Assembly (NCBI GenBank): GCA_963692865.2
Contig: OY843592.1
Coordinates: forward strand, 2,656,001 to 2,720,000
Direction of reading: 5' to 3'
Source: a bacterium
Lineage (GTDB): Bacteria; UBA8248
DNA: 64,000 bases
Shown here one piece after another: positions 9,738 through 18,284 of this stretch. The notes under the pieces are model-generated. The model made no database searches, was not told the DNA's origin, and saw nothing but the letters and a program-made list of their open reading frames with translations. A program made the position numbers and the translations under genes. Position 1 is the first letter of the stretch. Each line of letters starts with the position of its first letter.

Positions 9738-10532
9738 TCACCCCCTGCCTGCGATCATTTCCCAGGAATGACTGAACAGGAACAGCACGGCCGCCGCCAC
9801 AACGATGCAGGGACCCGCGGGCGCGTTCCATTCGACCGACGCCCAAAGACCCGCCCCCACGGAGACGACCCCCGCCAGGACGGCGAGCGCCGCCATCTGC
9901 TCGGGCGTTTTGGCGAACCGCCGCGCCGCCGCCGCCGGTATGATGAGCATCGAGGTGATGAGCAATATGCCTATCAGCTTCATGGCGACGGCGATGATGA
10001 AGGCGATGAGGAGCATGAAGATGAATTTCACGGCGAAGGTCGGAATCCCCTCGGCGCTCGCCAGTTCCTCGTTCACCGTGACGGCGAGAAGGCCCCGCCA
10101 CAGCCACGCGAGCACGGCCAGCGCCGCCGCCCCGCCGAGGTATATCCACCATAAATCGAGCGGGCCGACCGCGAGAATGTCCCCGAACAGATAGCCCATC
10201 AGGTCCACCCGGAGCGTCTCCAGCACGCTGACGGCGATGATGCCCACCGAAAGCGCCGTGTGCGCCAGGATGCCGAGCAGGGTATCGGTGGAGAGTGTTT
10301 TCCGGCTTTGCAGCGCCAGAAGAACGATCGCGAGGCCGATGCATGAGATAAGGATGCCGAGCCTGAGGTCCACTCCGAAGGCGAACCCTATCGCCACGCC
10401 GAGAAGAGCCGTGTGGGACATGGAGTTTCCAAAGTAGGCCATCTTGCGCCAGACGATGAAACAGCCCACGGGGCCCGTCACCAGCGCGACGCCCACCCCG
10501 CCCATGAGCCCCCTGACCATGAAATCCTCCAT
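9738..10532 (-). CDS. znuB: Zinc ABC transporter permease ZnuB
   Basis: GPVGCFIVWRKMAYFGNSMSHTALLG, DLMGYLFGDILAV, GILLITSMLIIPAAAARRF; true start MEDFMVRG at 10532 overlaps the znuC stop. Confidence 0.95.
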   Translation of the reverse strand: MEDFMVRGLMGGVGVALVTGPVGCFIVWRKMAYFGNSMSHTALLGVAIGFAFGVDLRLGILISCIGLAIVLLALQSRKTLSTDTLLGILAHTALSVGIIAVSVLETLRVDLMGYLFGDILAVGPLDLWWIYLGGAAALAVLAWLWRGLLAVTVNEELASAEGIPTFAVKFIFMLLIAFIIAVAMKLIGILLITSMLIIPAAAARRFAKTPEQMAALAVLAGVVSVGAGLWASVEWNAPAGPCIVVAAAVLFLFSHSWEMIAGRG

Positions 10533-11317
10533 CAGTCGCCTCCTTGATGGTGGTGGGCTTCCTTGGGTTCGATGGGGAGTATCTCCCCTTCCGGCCCGTG
10601 AACGTGGTCGTATCTGTGCCTGTAAACGGCGAGGCTCTCGGCCGCCTGTTTGCCGAACAGGGCGAGATATTCGGGGTTTTTGCTCACGGCTTCGGGATGC
10701 CCCGTGCAGCAGATATGCCTGTTGAGGCACACCACGCGGTCCGTGAACGCCATGACGAGGTGGAGGTCGTGCGAGATCAGGATGACGCCGCAGCCCCTGT
10801 CGTCCCTGATCTTCGCGATCAGGCGGTACAGTTCGCCCTGCCCGTTGACGTCCACGTTCTGGATGGGCTCGTCGAGAACGAGGAGTTCGGGGTCGCGCAG
10901 CAGGGCGCGGGCGAGGAGAACGCGCTGGCGCTCTCCGCCGGAGAGGCTCTGGACGGGTTGATCCAGCAGGTTTCCCGCGCCCACCTCATCGAGATGCGCC
11001 TCCATCTGCTCGGAAGACGGTTTTTGGGTAAGACAGAGCAGCCTGCGCACGGTGAGCGGAAGCGAAGGGTCCACCTCGAAGGCCTGGGGCAGGTAGCCTA
11101 CGGAGAGGTCCCCGTTCCGGCGAATCTCGCCCGAGTCGGGCTTGAGCAGCCCGAGCAGCATGCGGACCAGCGTGGTCTTGCCCGCGCCGTTGGGGCCGAT
11201 GAGGGTGAGAATTTCGCCCGCCGATATATCGAGGTCGACGTTATCGAGAATCGTCGTCTCGCCGATGCGGAAATTGAGGTTCGCGACGGAAATGAGGGGA
11301 GGCCGCGCGTCATCCAT
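10532..11317 (-). CDS. znuC: Zinc ABC transporter ATP-binding protein ZnuC
   Basis: GPNGAGKTT, LSGGERQR, LVLDEP, SHDLHLVMAFTDRVVCLNRHICCTGHPE; start at 11317 overlaps the zur stop. Confidence 0.95.
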   Translation of the reverse strand: MDDARPPLISVANLNFRIGETTILDNVDLDISAGEILTLIGPNGAGKTTLVRMLLGLLKPDSGEIRRNGDLSVGYLPQAFEVDPSLPLTVRRLLCLTQKPSSEQMEAHLDEVGAGNLLDQPVQSLSGGERQRVLLARALLRDPELLVLDEPIQNVDVNGQGELYRLIAKIRDDRGCGVILISHDLHLVMAFTDRVVCLNRHICCTGHPEAVSKNPEYLALFGKQAAESLAVYRHRYDHVHGPEGEILPIEPKEAHHHQGGD

Positions 11318-11798
11318 CGTCGTGGCACTCCATGCACCGGCCGCTGATTTCCATGACGGGCGTCTCCACCAGGAAGCCTGCCTGGGTGGCGCTCGCCTCG
11401 ATGGCCTCGCCGATTTCCTCGCTGTGCGTCTCCGCCACGTTTCCGCAATCACGACAAATGAAGAACAGGGCCTTGTGGGCGTCCGCCGACATCGCGCAGC
11501 CCACGAACGCGTTCATGCTTTCGATGCGGTGGATAAGGCCGTGCTTCAAGAGGAAATCCAGCGCCCGGTAGACCGTGGGCGGAGCGTTTCTGCCTCCGCC
11601 CGCGTTCATGCGCTCAAGCACATCGTACGCGCCCAGAGGCGCATGGCTCTCCCAGACGATTTCCAGAACCCGCCTCCTGTGCGGCGTGAGTCTGGCGCCG
11701 CGCTCACGGCAAAGCGCTTCGGCTTGTTCGAGGGCGCTCTCGATGCAGGCCACGTGGTCGTGATCCCTGCGGAGAAAATGTTTTTCTCTCGATGCCAT
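11310..11798 (-). CDS. zur: Zinc uptake regulator Zur (Fur family)
   Basis: RLTPHRRRVLE, APPTVYRALDFL, HRIESMNAFVGC, CRDC and CMEC zinc motifs; divergent from znuA2. Confidence 0.93.
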   Translation of the reverse strand: MASREKHFLRRDHDHVACIESALEQAEALCRERGARLTPHRRRVLEIVWESHAPLGAYDVLERMNAGGGRNAPPTVYRALDFLLKHGLIHRIESMNAFVGCAMSADAHKALFFICRDCGNVAETHSEEIGEAIEASATQAGFLVETPVMEISGRCMECHDDG

Positions 11799-11808
11799 AC
11801 AAAATTCC

Positions 11809-11846
11809 TTGACGGGCAAAATCGAAACGTTATATTATACCAACCC
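11809..11846 (+). promoter_or_regulatory. Divergent zur/znuA2 promoter with Zur box
   Basis: TTGACG 11809-11814; GAAACGTTATATTATACCAACCC 11824-11846 resembles the Zur consensus and covers a -10-like TATATT. Confidence 0.8.
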
Positions 11847-11889
11847 CAAGGGCTGATTCAATCCAACTCAGGCCAAAAGGGCTTAACTC

Positions 11890-13065
11890 ATGAAATATAT
11901 GTCGATCATCCTGGTTCTGACAATGGCGCTGTTTACGGGGTTTGCAGCCCCTGCTTCGGCCGCGCCCCAAGTGGTGGTTTCCATCAAACCGCTTCATTCG
12001 CTGGTATCCGGCGTCATGAAGGGGGTCGGCGAACCCTACCTTCTGATAAGAGGCGCCGCCTCGCCGCATACGTTTTCCCTGAAACCCTCCGACGCCAGAG
12101 AACTCGAGAGGGCGCGCGTGATTTTCTGGGTGGGCGAAGTGCTTGCTCCCGGATTGGAGCGGCCCCTTGAGGTTCTGCCGAAAAAGGCCAAAGTCGTCGC
12201 CCTCGCGGAAATAAAGGGTCTGGAGCTGATTAAGCTCAGGGAAGGCGGCCTGTGGGAAGGGCACGATGATGATCATGGCGAAAAGGATGATCACCACGAA
12301 AAGGAAAAGGGCGAGGCCAAAGGCGAGCATCACGACGAGGGCAAAGAGGCGAAAGCCGGGGACGATGATCACGACAAGGAGAAACGCGGAAAAGCCGAAG
12401 ACGACCATCATGACGAGAAGGAAAAAGCCAAGGCCAAAGAAGAACATCACGATGAAGAAAAGCGCGGAAAAGCCGAAGATGACGATCACGATAAGGAGAA
12501 GGCCGAGGCCAAGGGTGGTCATGGAGATGAGGAGGATCATCACGGCGGCTTCGACGCGCACGTCTGGCTCGACCCCATGAACGCCCGCAAATGGGTGGAC
12601 GCCATCGCCCATGAACTCGAAGAGGTGGATCCTGGGAACAGGAAAAAATACGAGGCGAACGCGCGGAACATGAAGGCCCGCATCGACGGCCTGCACAAGG
12701 AACTCGCGCGCACGCTCGCCCCGGTGAAGGGTACGCCCTACATCGTCTTTCACGATGCGTATCAATATATGGAAAAACGCTACGGACTGACCCCCATCGG
12801 TTCGGTGACGCTCTCGCCCGAGAAAAAGCCGGGTTCGGCGCGCCTCGTGGCGATACGCAAGAAGATCAGGGACACGAAGTCGATCTGCGTGTTCACCGAG
12901 CCGCAGTTCCAGCCCAGACTGGTGAAGGTCATCATGGAGGGAACGGGCGCCGGAACAGGGGTGCTCGACCCCCTGGGAACGGATATTCCCACCGGGGGGA
13001 ATGCGTATTTCACCCTCATGCGCAATATGGCGAAATCGCTCGTGAGGTGTCTTTCGAGGAAATAG
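11890..13065 (+). CDS. znuA: Zinc ABC transporter substrate-binding protein ZnuA, copy 2
   Basis: Same motifs as copy 1, with a longer His/Asp/Glu/Lys-rich loop; in the canonical position divergent from zur-znuC-znuB. Confidence 0.94.
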   Translation: MKYMSIILVLTMALFTGFAAPASAAPQVVVSIKPLHSLVSGVMKGVGEPYLLIRGAASPHTFSLKPSDARELERARVIFWVGEVLAPGLERPLEVLPKKAKVVALAEIKGLELIKLREGGLWEGHDDDHGEKDDHHEKEKGEAKGEHHDEGKEAKAGDDDHDKEKRGKAEDDHHDEKEKAKAKEEHHDEEKRGKAEDDDHDKEKAEAKGGHGDEEDHHGGFDAHVWLDPMNARKWVDAIAHELEEVDPGNRKKYEANARNMKARIDGLHKELARTLAPVKGTPYIVFHDAYQYMEKRYGLTPIGSVTLSPEKKPGSARLVAIRKKIRDTKSICVFTEPQFQPRLVKVIMEGTGAGTGVLDPLGTDIPTGGNAYFTLMRNMAKSLVRCLSRK

Positions 13066-13226
13066 TTCGGGGCGGCGTTTCCCCGGGGATATGAACGAGC
13101 CTGCCCGGCTCCACGCATATCTTCGGATGCCCGCCCGCCGCGGTCGATAATTTTGGCGGGAACGTATTCCCATCCTCTTTGCTGAAAACTTTCCGCAAAA
13201 TTCTGTATTTGCGCCTGAACAATCTG

Positions 13227-13256
13227 TTGACACTCCCCCCTTTCGTCTAGTAACTT
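13227..13256 (+). promoter_or_regulatory. Candidate sigma70 promoter of the permease-SPFH operon
   Basis: TTGACA (13227-13232), 18 nt spacer, TAACTT (13251-13256). Confidence 0.45.
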
Positions 13257-13324
13257 CAAAAAATAACGCGATACGGAATCGGTGTGGTTTCCACGAAATC
13301 TTTCATTGCGAGGGGAATGGCCCA

Positions 13325-16054
13325 TTGGCTGCCGATTTGGCAAGCAGATTCGCCGATTTTTTTTACTTTCTGTGGATGTCGTTCCTGCTGCTCTCGCCCA
13401 TGCTGCTGCTCGGTCTGTTTCTCTCCGGCCTGATCCACGTCTTCATCTCCCGTCAGGCGATTCTCCGGTGGCTTCGCGACGACGGCCTGAAATCGGTGAG
13501 CGTCAGCTCGGCCGTCGGCGTCCCCGTGCCGCTGTGCAGTTGTTCCGTCGTGCCCGTGGTCGCCGAGATGCGCAGAAAAGGAGCTTCCCGCTCGTCTTGC
13601 ATGTCCTTTCTGATAACGGCTCCCGAAACGGGCGCCGATTCGATTCTCGTGACGAACGCCTTCTTCGGATGGATAGCGGCGATAGTCCGCCCCGTCATCA
13701 GTTTCGTCACCGCGGTCGTCGCCGGCGTCTTCTGCATCGGCCTCATAAGAGCGGATGAAGGCGCGGCGAAAGAAGGCGAGCACGATCATGAACACGACCA
13801 CGGGCACGATCACGACCACGCGCATGATCACGGGCATGGCCACGACCACGATCACGGCGCGCACGAACCGCTCGTGCCGGGTTCGGAGGACTGCTACATC
13901 AGTCCTGCCCAACTCAAGCGCGCCCTCATCCGTTGGGTGAAGGGAGTCGCCGTATCGGTGCGAAACTGGAAGGCCGCGTCATGGGTGAAGCCGGACTTCT
14001 ACCAGGAGGAATTGTCCGCCGATGAGGAATCGGGCGAGACCGGCCTCGCCCCTGTGTCCGAGGCGGAGCGCCTGCCGGGTTTCAGGACGATCGTCAGGCA
14101 CATATTCAGCTACGGCTTTGTCGAAATCGCGGACGACATTCTCTTCTCGCTTCTCTTCGGCGTCTTCGTGGGCGGATTGCTCTTTCTGGTGATCCCGAGC
14201 GATCTGATGCAGAACGAATACGCCCGCTGGGCGTCCTACCCGATCATGGTCATCATCGGTATTCCCCTCTATATCTGCGCGTCCGCGAGCACGCCCATCG
14301 CCGCCGCGCTCGTCGCCAAGGGTTTCACTCCCGGGGCTGCGCTGATTTTTCTCATGACGGGCCCGGCGACCAACACGGGAACCATCGCGGTTATCATGAA
14401 CCAGTTCGGCACGCGCTTCGCGTCCATCTACGTCGGCGTCGTCATCGTCGTCACCGTCATTTTCGCCGTCCTGATCGACGCGTTTTTCTTCGCCACCGGT
14501 TTTTCGCTTCCCGTGAACCTCAACGCCTCGGAATCGCCCGCCATCCTGTTCCTGCAATACGGGAGCGCCCTGGTCTTTTTCGTCCTGGTCGTGTGGCGTT
14601 TCCGCGCCGGCGCCTTCCGAACGGGATATGAGGATCTGTTGCAGAACATCCGCTCCATGTCCGAGCCTTCCAGGTACGTGTGGGATCGCCTGACCCGGGG
14701 CCGGTCCATACGAGGCGCTTTCTCCCTGAAAACGCCCATGGGCCTCATTCTCTCGGGCCTGATTCTCCTCGTCTTCCTCGGCACCGGCTTCACGACCGTG
14801 CCTCCAGGCGCCGTCGGCTACGGCCGCCTGTTCGGCAAGATCTACTGGAGAGACTTGCAACCGGGGCTGCACTATCTCGCTCCCTGGCCCTTCGTCGAGG
14901 TGGATAAATGGCCGGTCAGAGAGGTGAAGTCCATCATGTCCGGCGACGTCCACGAGTACGTTTCCGGCGATCTGAATCTGGTCTCCCTCACTGTGAACGT
15001 GCAGTACCGGGTGCAAGACCCCTTCGTCTATCATTATCGGGTAATCGACGCGCCCAAGGTCATTGAGGACAGCGTCAGGGACCACCTGCGCGGCTTCGTA
15101 TCCGCCCGGGGTCTGGAGCAGTTGCTCAACGTCCATCGCAAAACCCTGGAGAAGCACGTCTCCCATTTGTTCGAGCATTTGTCCGCCAAGGCGGATTCGG
15201 GGCATGCGGACGTAGAAGCCTCGGCGTTCGAGAGCGTCGAACTGGTAAAGGTGAATCTGGCGGCCATCCGCCCCGTGGCCGAGACGATAAGCGCGTTCCG
15301 GGAGGTGTCGAGCGCGCAGGAGGACAAGGAGCGGATTATCGTCAACGCGCAGCGGTTCCTCGTGTCGCTGACGCCCCGCGCTTACGGCAATGCCGATTAC
15401 GAGGTGAAACAGGCCGACGGCGAGGCGTACCGTAGAGTGAAAGGCGCCGGGGCGGAAGCCGACGCGATCCGGCGAGTGTCCGGGGCCGTGCGGAGCGCTC
15501 CGGAGGTTCTTGAGAACATGCTGTGGCGCGAGAAGCTCGAAATCGCGCTCTCGCATAACTCCAAGATCATCGTTCCCGACAAGGGAAGTCTGGCCAAGGT
15601 CGCGCTGTGGAAGCGGCGCTCCACGGGAACGAGTCATGGCGCCCACAATCCCGGACGCGGGAGGAACGGCGCCGGCGAGGACGCGGGCCACGAAGGCGGT
15701 GGCGGCGATAACGACAAGAGCGGCGGCCACGGCGGGAACAACGCAGAGAAAGACAAGAGCGAAGCCCACGGCGAATCGGGCGAATCCGGGGGCGGCGCGG
15801 CGCATGGCGAGAACAACGGCGCTCATGGCGAGACGGAAAAATCCGGGAACGCGAGAGCCCACGGCGGGAACAACGCGGAGAAAGACAAGAACGGCGCCCA
15901 CGGCGAATCGGATAAATCACCAAACGATACGGCCCTTGGCGGGAGGAACGGCGCAGACGAGGGACGCGGCGCTCATGGCGCGTCGGCGAGCTCGAACGTC
16001 GCGCGAAATGATTCCATGGCCGGGGCGAACCACAGCGGGAGAGAGAAGAGATGA
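13325..16054 (+). CDS. SO_0444/DUF318-type metal permease fused to an HflK-like SPFH domain with a His/Gly-rich tail
   Basis: N-terminal half has PVPLCSCSVVP, LITAPETGADS, an (HD/HG)n loop, PLYICASASTPIAAAL and GPATN. C-terminal half has FTTVPPG..FGK..LQPGLHYLAPWP, AFREVSSAQEDKER and PEV..MLWREKLE (HflK-like). One open frame of 909 aa. Confidence 0.85.
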   Translation: MAADLASRFADFFYFLWMSFLLLSPMLLLGLFLSGLIHVFISRQAILRWLRDDGLKSVSVSSAVGVPVPLCSCSVVPVVAEMRRKGASRSSCMSFLITAPETGADSILVTNAFFGWIAAIVRPVISFVTAVVAGVFCIGLIRADEGAAKEGEHDHEHDHGHDHDHAHDHGHGHDHDHGAHEPLVPGSEDCYISPAQLKRALIRWVKGVAVSVRNWKAASWVKPDFYQEELSADEESGETGLAPVSEAERLPGFRTIVRHIFSYGFVEIADDILFSLLFGVFVGGLLFLVIPSDLMQNEYARWASYPIMVIIGIPLYICASASTPIAAALVAKGFTPGAALIFLMTGPATNTGTIAVIMNQFGTRFASIYVGVVIVVTVIFAVLIDAFFFATGFSLPVNLNASESPAILFLQYGSALVFFVLVVWRFRAGAFRTGYEDLLQNIRSMSEPSRYVWDRLTRGRSIRGAFSLKTPMGLILSGLILLVFLGTGFTTVPPGAVGYGRLFGKIYWRDLQPGLHYLAPWPFVEVDKWPVREVKSIMSGDVHEYVSGDLNLVSLTVNVQYRVQDPFVYHYRVIDAPKVIEDSVRDHLRGFVSARGLEQLLNVHRKTLEKHVSHLFEHLSAKADSGHADVEASAFESVELVKVNLAAIRPVAETISAFREVSSAQEDKERIIVNAQRFLVSLTPRAYGNADYEVKQADGEAYRRVKGAGAEADAIRRVSGAVRSAPEVLENMLWREKLEIALSHNSKIIVPDKGSLAKVALWKRRSTGTSHGAHNPGRGRNGAGEDAGHEGGGGDNDKSGGHGGNNAEKDKSEAHGESGESGGGAAHGENNGAHGETEKSGNARAHGGNNAEKDKNGAHGESDKSPNDTALGGRNGADEGRGAHGASASSNVARNDSMAGANHSGREKR
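15727..15911 (+). repeat. Intragenic direct repeat in the His/Gly tail
   Basis: CCACGGCGGGAACAACGCRGAGAAAGACAAGA...GCCCACGGCGAATCGG occurs at about 15727 and 15859, encoding HGGNNAEKDK..AHGES twice. Confidence 0.8.
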
Positions 16055-16962
16055 CCTTCAGCGCAAAGAGAATCTTCGCGGCCATCGCCGTGGTTGTCCT
16101 GCTCGTCGTAGCCTACGACTGCTTCTACGTCGTCGACGAGACGCAACAAGGGGTACTGACCCACTTCGGCAAGATTTCGCCTCCCGTCAGGCAGCCCGGC
16201 CTCCACGTGAAATGGCCCAGGCCCGTATCCAGGGTCTACAAGGTCGACCGGCGCATTCACGCCATGACGGGCCTCACCCAGGAATTGATCACCGAGGATC
16301 AAAAGAGTGTCCTTATAGACGGATACCTGCTCTGGCGCGTGACGGACCCCATTCTCTTCGTCGAATCGATCCGGACAGGCAAGAGCGCGACGAATCGGCT
16401 CAAGGACCTCTATATGTCGAGCAGCGGCATCATCATCAGCAACAAGGCGCGCGACGCCTTCATCGGGCTGGGACTCGAGCATGAAGATCTGAGCGAGGCG
16501 TCTCAGAAGATTCTGGGCCTCATCGCGCCCGTCGCGAAAAAAAATTACGGCGTCGAGGTAGTGCGCACCGGGATCGTCGAGTACACGCTGCCTGTAGCGA
16601 ACCGGCCGAGCGTGATTCAGCGGATGATCTCCGAGCGCGCCCGCATCGCCGCCCGCTACCGCAGCGAGGGCGAGGAGATGGCGATCCGCATCGAGGCCCG
16701 CGCCATCAACGAGCACGAGAAACTCCTCGCCGATGCCCACGCCCAGGCGACGACCATTCTGGGCAAGGCGGAAGCCCAGGCGATGGCGCTGCTCGGCGAG
16801 GCGTACAAAGCGGACCCGGAGTTCTACAAGTTCATCCGCGCCCTCGACAGCTATGATCTCATAATCAACCGGAACACAACCCTCATGCTGCCGGCGGACA
16901 ACGAACTGTTCAAATATCTCGACAGCAAGGAAATACCCCGCCGGGACGGGGCTGGCCGATGA
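16051..16962 (+). CDS. HflC-like SPFH protease modulator
   Basis: YVVDETQQGVLTHFGK..PGLHVKWP, RMISERARIAARYRSEGEE, AYKADPEFYKFIRALDSY; ATGA overlap with the upstream gene. Confidence 0.9.
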   Translation: MTFSAKRIFAAIAVVVLLVVAYDCFYVVDETQQGVLTHFGKISPPVRQPGLHVKWPRPVSRVYKVDRRIHAMTGLTQELITEDQKSVLIDGYLLWRVTDPILFVESIRTGKSATNRLKDLYMSSSGIIISNKARDAFIGLGLEHEDLSEASQKILGLIAPVAKKNYGVEVVRTGIVEYTLPVANRPSVIQRMISERARIAARYRSEGEEMAIRIEARAINEHEKLLADAHAQATTILGKAEAQAMALLGEAYKADPEFYKFIRALDSYDLIINRNTTLMLPADNELFKYLDSKEIPRRDGAGR

Positions 16963-18284
16963 ACGAAGGACAATCAACGCCTCCAAGCGCGCGAATCATA
17001 TACGCCGTATTCGACTTTTTCGGGCGTCAATACAGGAAGGTTATCGCCGGCCTCATCATCGTCTGCGTGCTCGCTTTTCTGGCGAACGGCTTCTACGTCG
17101 TCCAGAAAGAAGAACAAGCCGTGCGCACCCGCTTCGGGAAGGTGGTCGACGCCGAAGTCGGCCCGGGGCTGGGCTACGCCGTCCCGCTCATCGAGCGGGC
17201 GCACGTTCGCAAGGTCAAGGAGATCGTCGGATACCAGATCGGGAGCAGGAGCGGCGCCACGATCAACTTCACGATACTCTCCGGCGACCTGAACCTCCTC
17301 GATACGGACGTGGCCGTTCAATACAAGATCAAGAACCTGCGCTCCTACCTCTTCGCGGCCTCCGACCCCCGCAAGATGCTCACCATGCTCGTTCGCGAGG
17401 GGCTGGTCAAGATTCTGGGGGAGAACTTCATCGACCTGATCTTCACCTCGAACCGCGACGTCATTCAGAAACAATTGGCCGGCCTGGTGAACAAGCGCCT
17501 CGAATCGCTGGGCGTCGGGATCGAGCTCGTCACGCTGAACATCGTCGAGGTGCGCTCGATTCCCGAAACCCTCCAGGCCTTCCGGGACGTCAACGACGCC
17601 TTCGCGGAGCGTGAGCAGGTCGTGAGCCGGGCGAACAGCCAGAGGGAAATGCTGCTCGCCCGCAGCAAGGGCCAGGCCGACGCGCTGATCATGAACGCGA
17701 AGGCGAACGCCCGCGAACGCCTCGTTCAGGCGCGAGGCAGCGTCCGCGCCTTCAAGGCGCTGCTGGCCGAGTACAGGAAAAATCCGAACCAGGTGGCCAT
17801 CACCCGGTATTGGCAGCGTATGCGCGCCATCTTCACCGAGGCGAGTCTGGCGATGGTGAATCCGGGCAAGGACTCGACCATCGACATCAACATGCTCGAA
17901 GGCGCGCCGGGATTCACTCCTGCGGGAGCAGGCGGCCACGGCGTGGCGGATTTGGTGACGCGAATGCCGCATACGGCGGGCGATGCCGATGGACGCCTGA
18001 GCAGGGCGACCATGCCGCCCTACATCCACAGGCTCGAAACCACCCGGCGGGACGACCCGCTCAGAGAAGGCCGTTTCCACAAACGGCGCACGGAGCGCGA
18101 CCATGCGCGGGTGGCCAGTCCACGCTCGCTGATCTTCGATACGCCTTCCATATTCTCCCATCGCCACGGCGCGCCCGGCCGCAAGAGGATCGGAAACCGG
18201 GCGGACCAGAGGCCGATGACGGAGAAAATGCTGGGCGCGGGCGGGAACAACCATGGGCGCGAGACGGGGAAAAAGGATGATTAG
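16959..18284 (+). CDS. HflK-like SPFH protein with C-terminal extension
   Basis: FYVVQKEEQAVRTRFGK..GPGL, LSGDLNLL, AFRDVNDA, EYRKNPNQVAITRY; about 120 aa basic, His-containing tail; ATGA overlap. Confidence 0.88.
   Translation: MNEGQSTPPSARIIYAVFDFFGRQYRKVIAGLIIVCVLAFLANGFYVVQKEEQAVRTRFGKVVDAEVGPGLGYAVPLIERAHVRKVKEIVGYQIGSRSGATINFTILSGDLNLLDTDVAVQYKIKNLRSYLFAASDPRKMLTMLVREGLVKILGENFIDLIFTSNRDVIQKQLAGLVNKRLESLGVGIELVTLNIVEVRSIPETLQAFRDVNDAFAEREQVVSRANSQREMLLARSKGQADALIMNAKANARERLVQARGSVRAFKALLAEYRKNPNQVAITRYWQRMRAIFTEASLAMVNPGKDSTIDINMLEGAPGFTPAGAGGHGVADLVTRMPHTAGDADGRLSRATMPPYIHRLETTRRDDPLREGRFHKRRTERDHARVASPRSLIFDTPSIFSHRHGAPGRKRIGNRADQRPMTEKMLGAGGNNHGRETGKKDD

Noticed and set aside
12262-12546. 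Periodic repeats as a possible CRISPR array
   Set aside because: In-frame degenerate coding repeats inside znuA, with no constant repeat/unique spacer pattern and no cas genes.
13231-13253. C-tract in the promoter as a CsoR/RcnR operator
   Set aside because: Flanking inverted arms do not match the TACT-G6-N-AGTA type spacing; unsupported.
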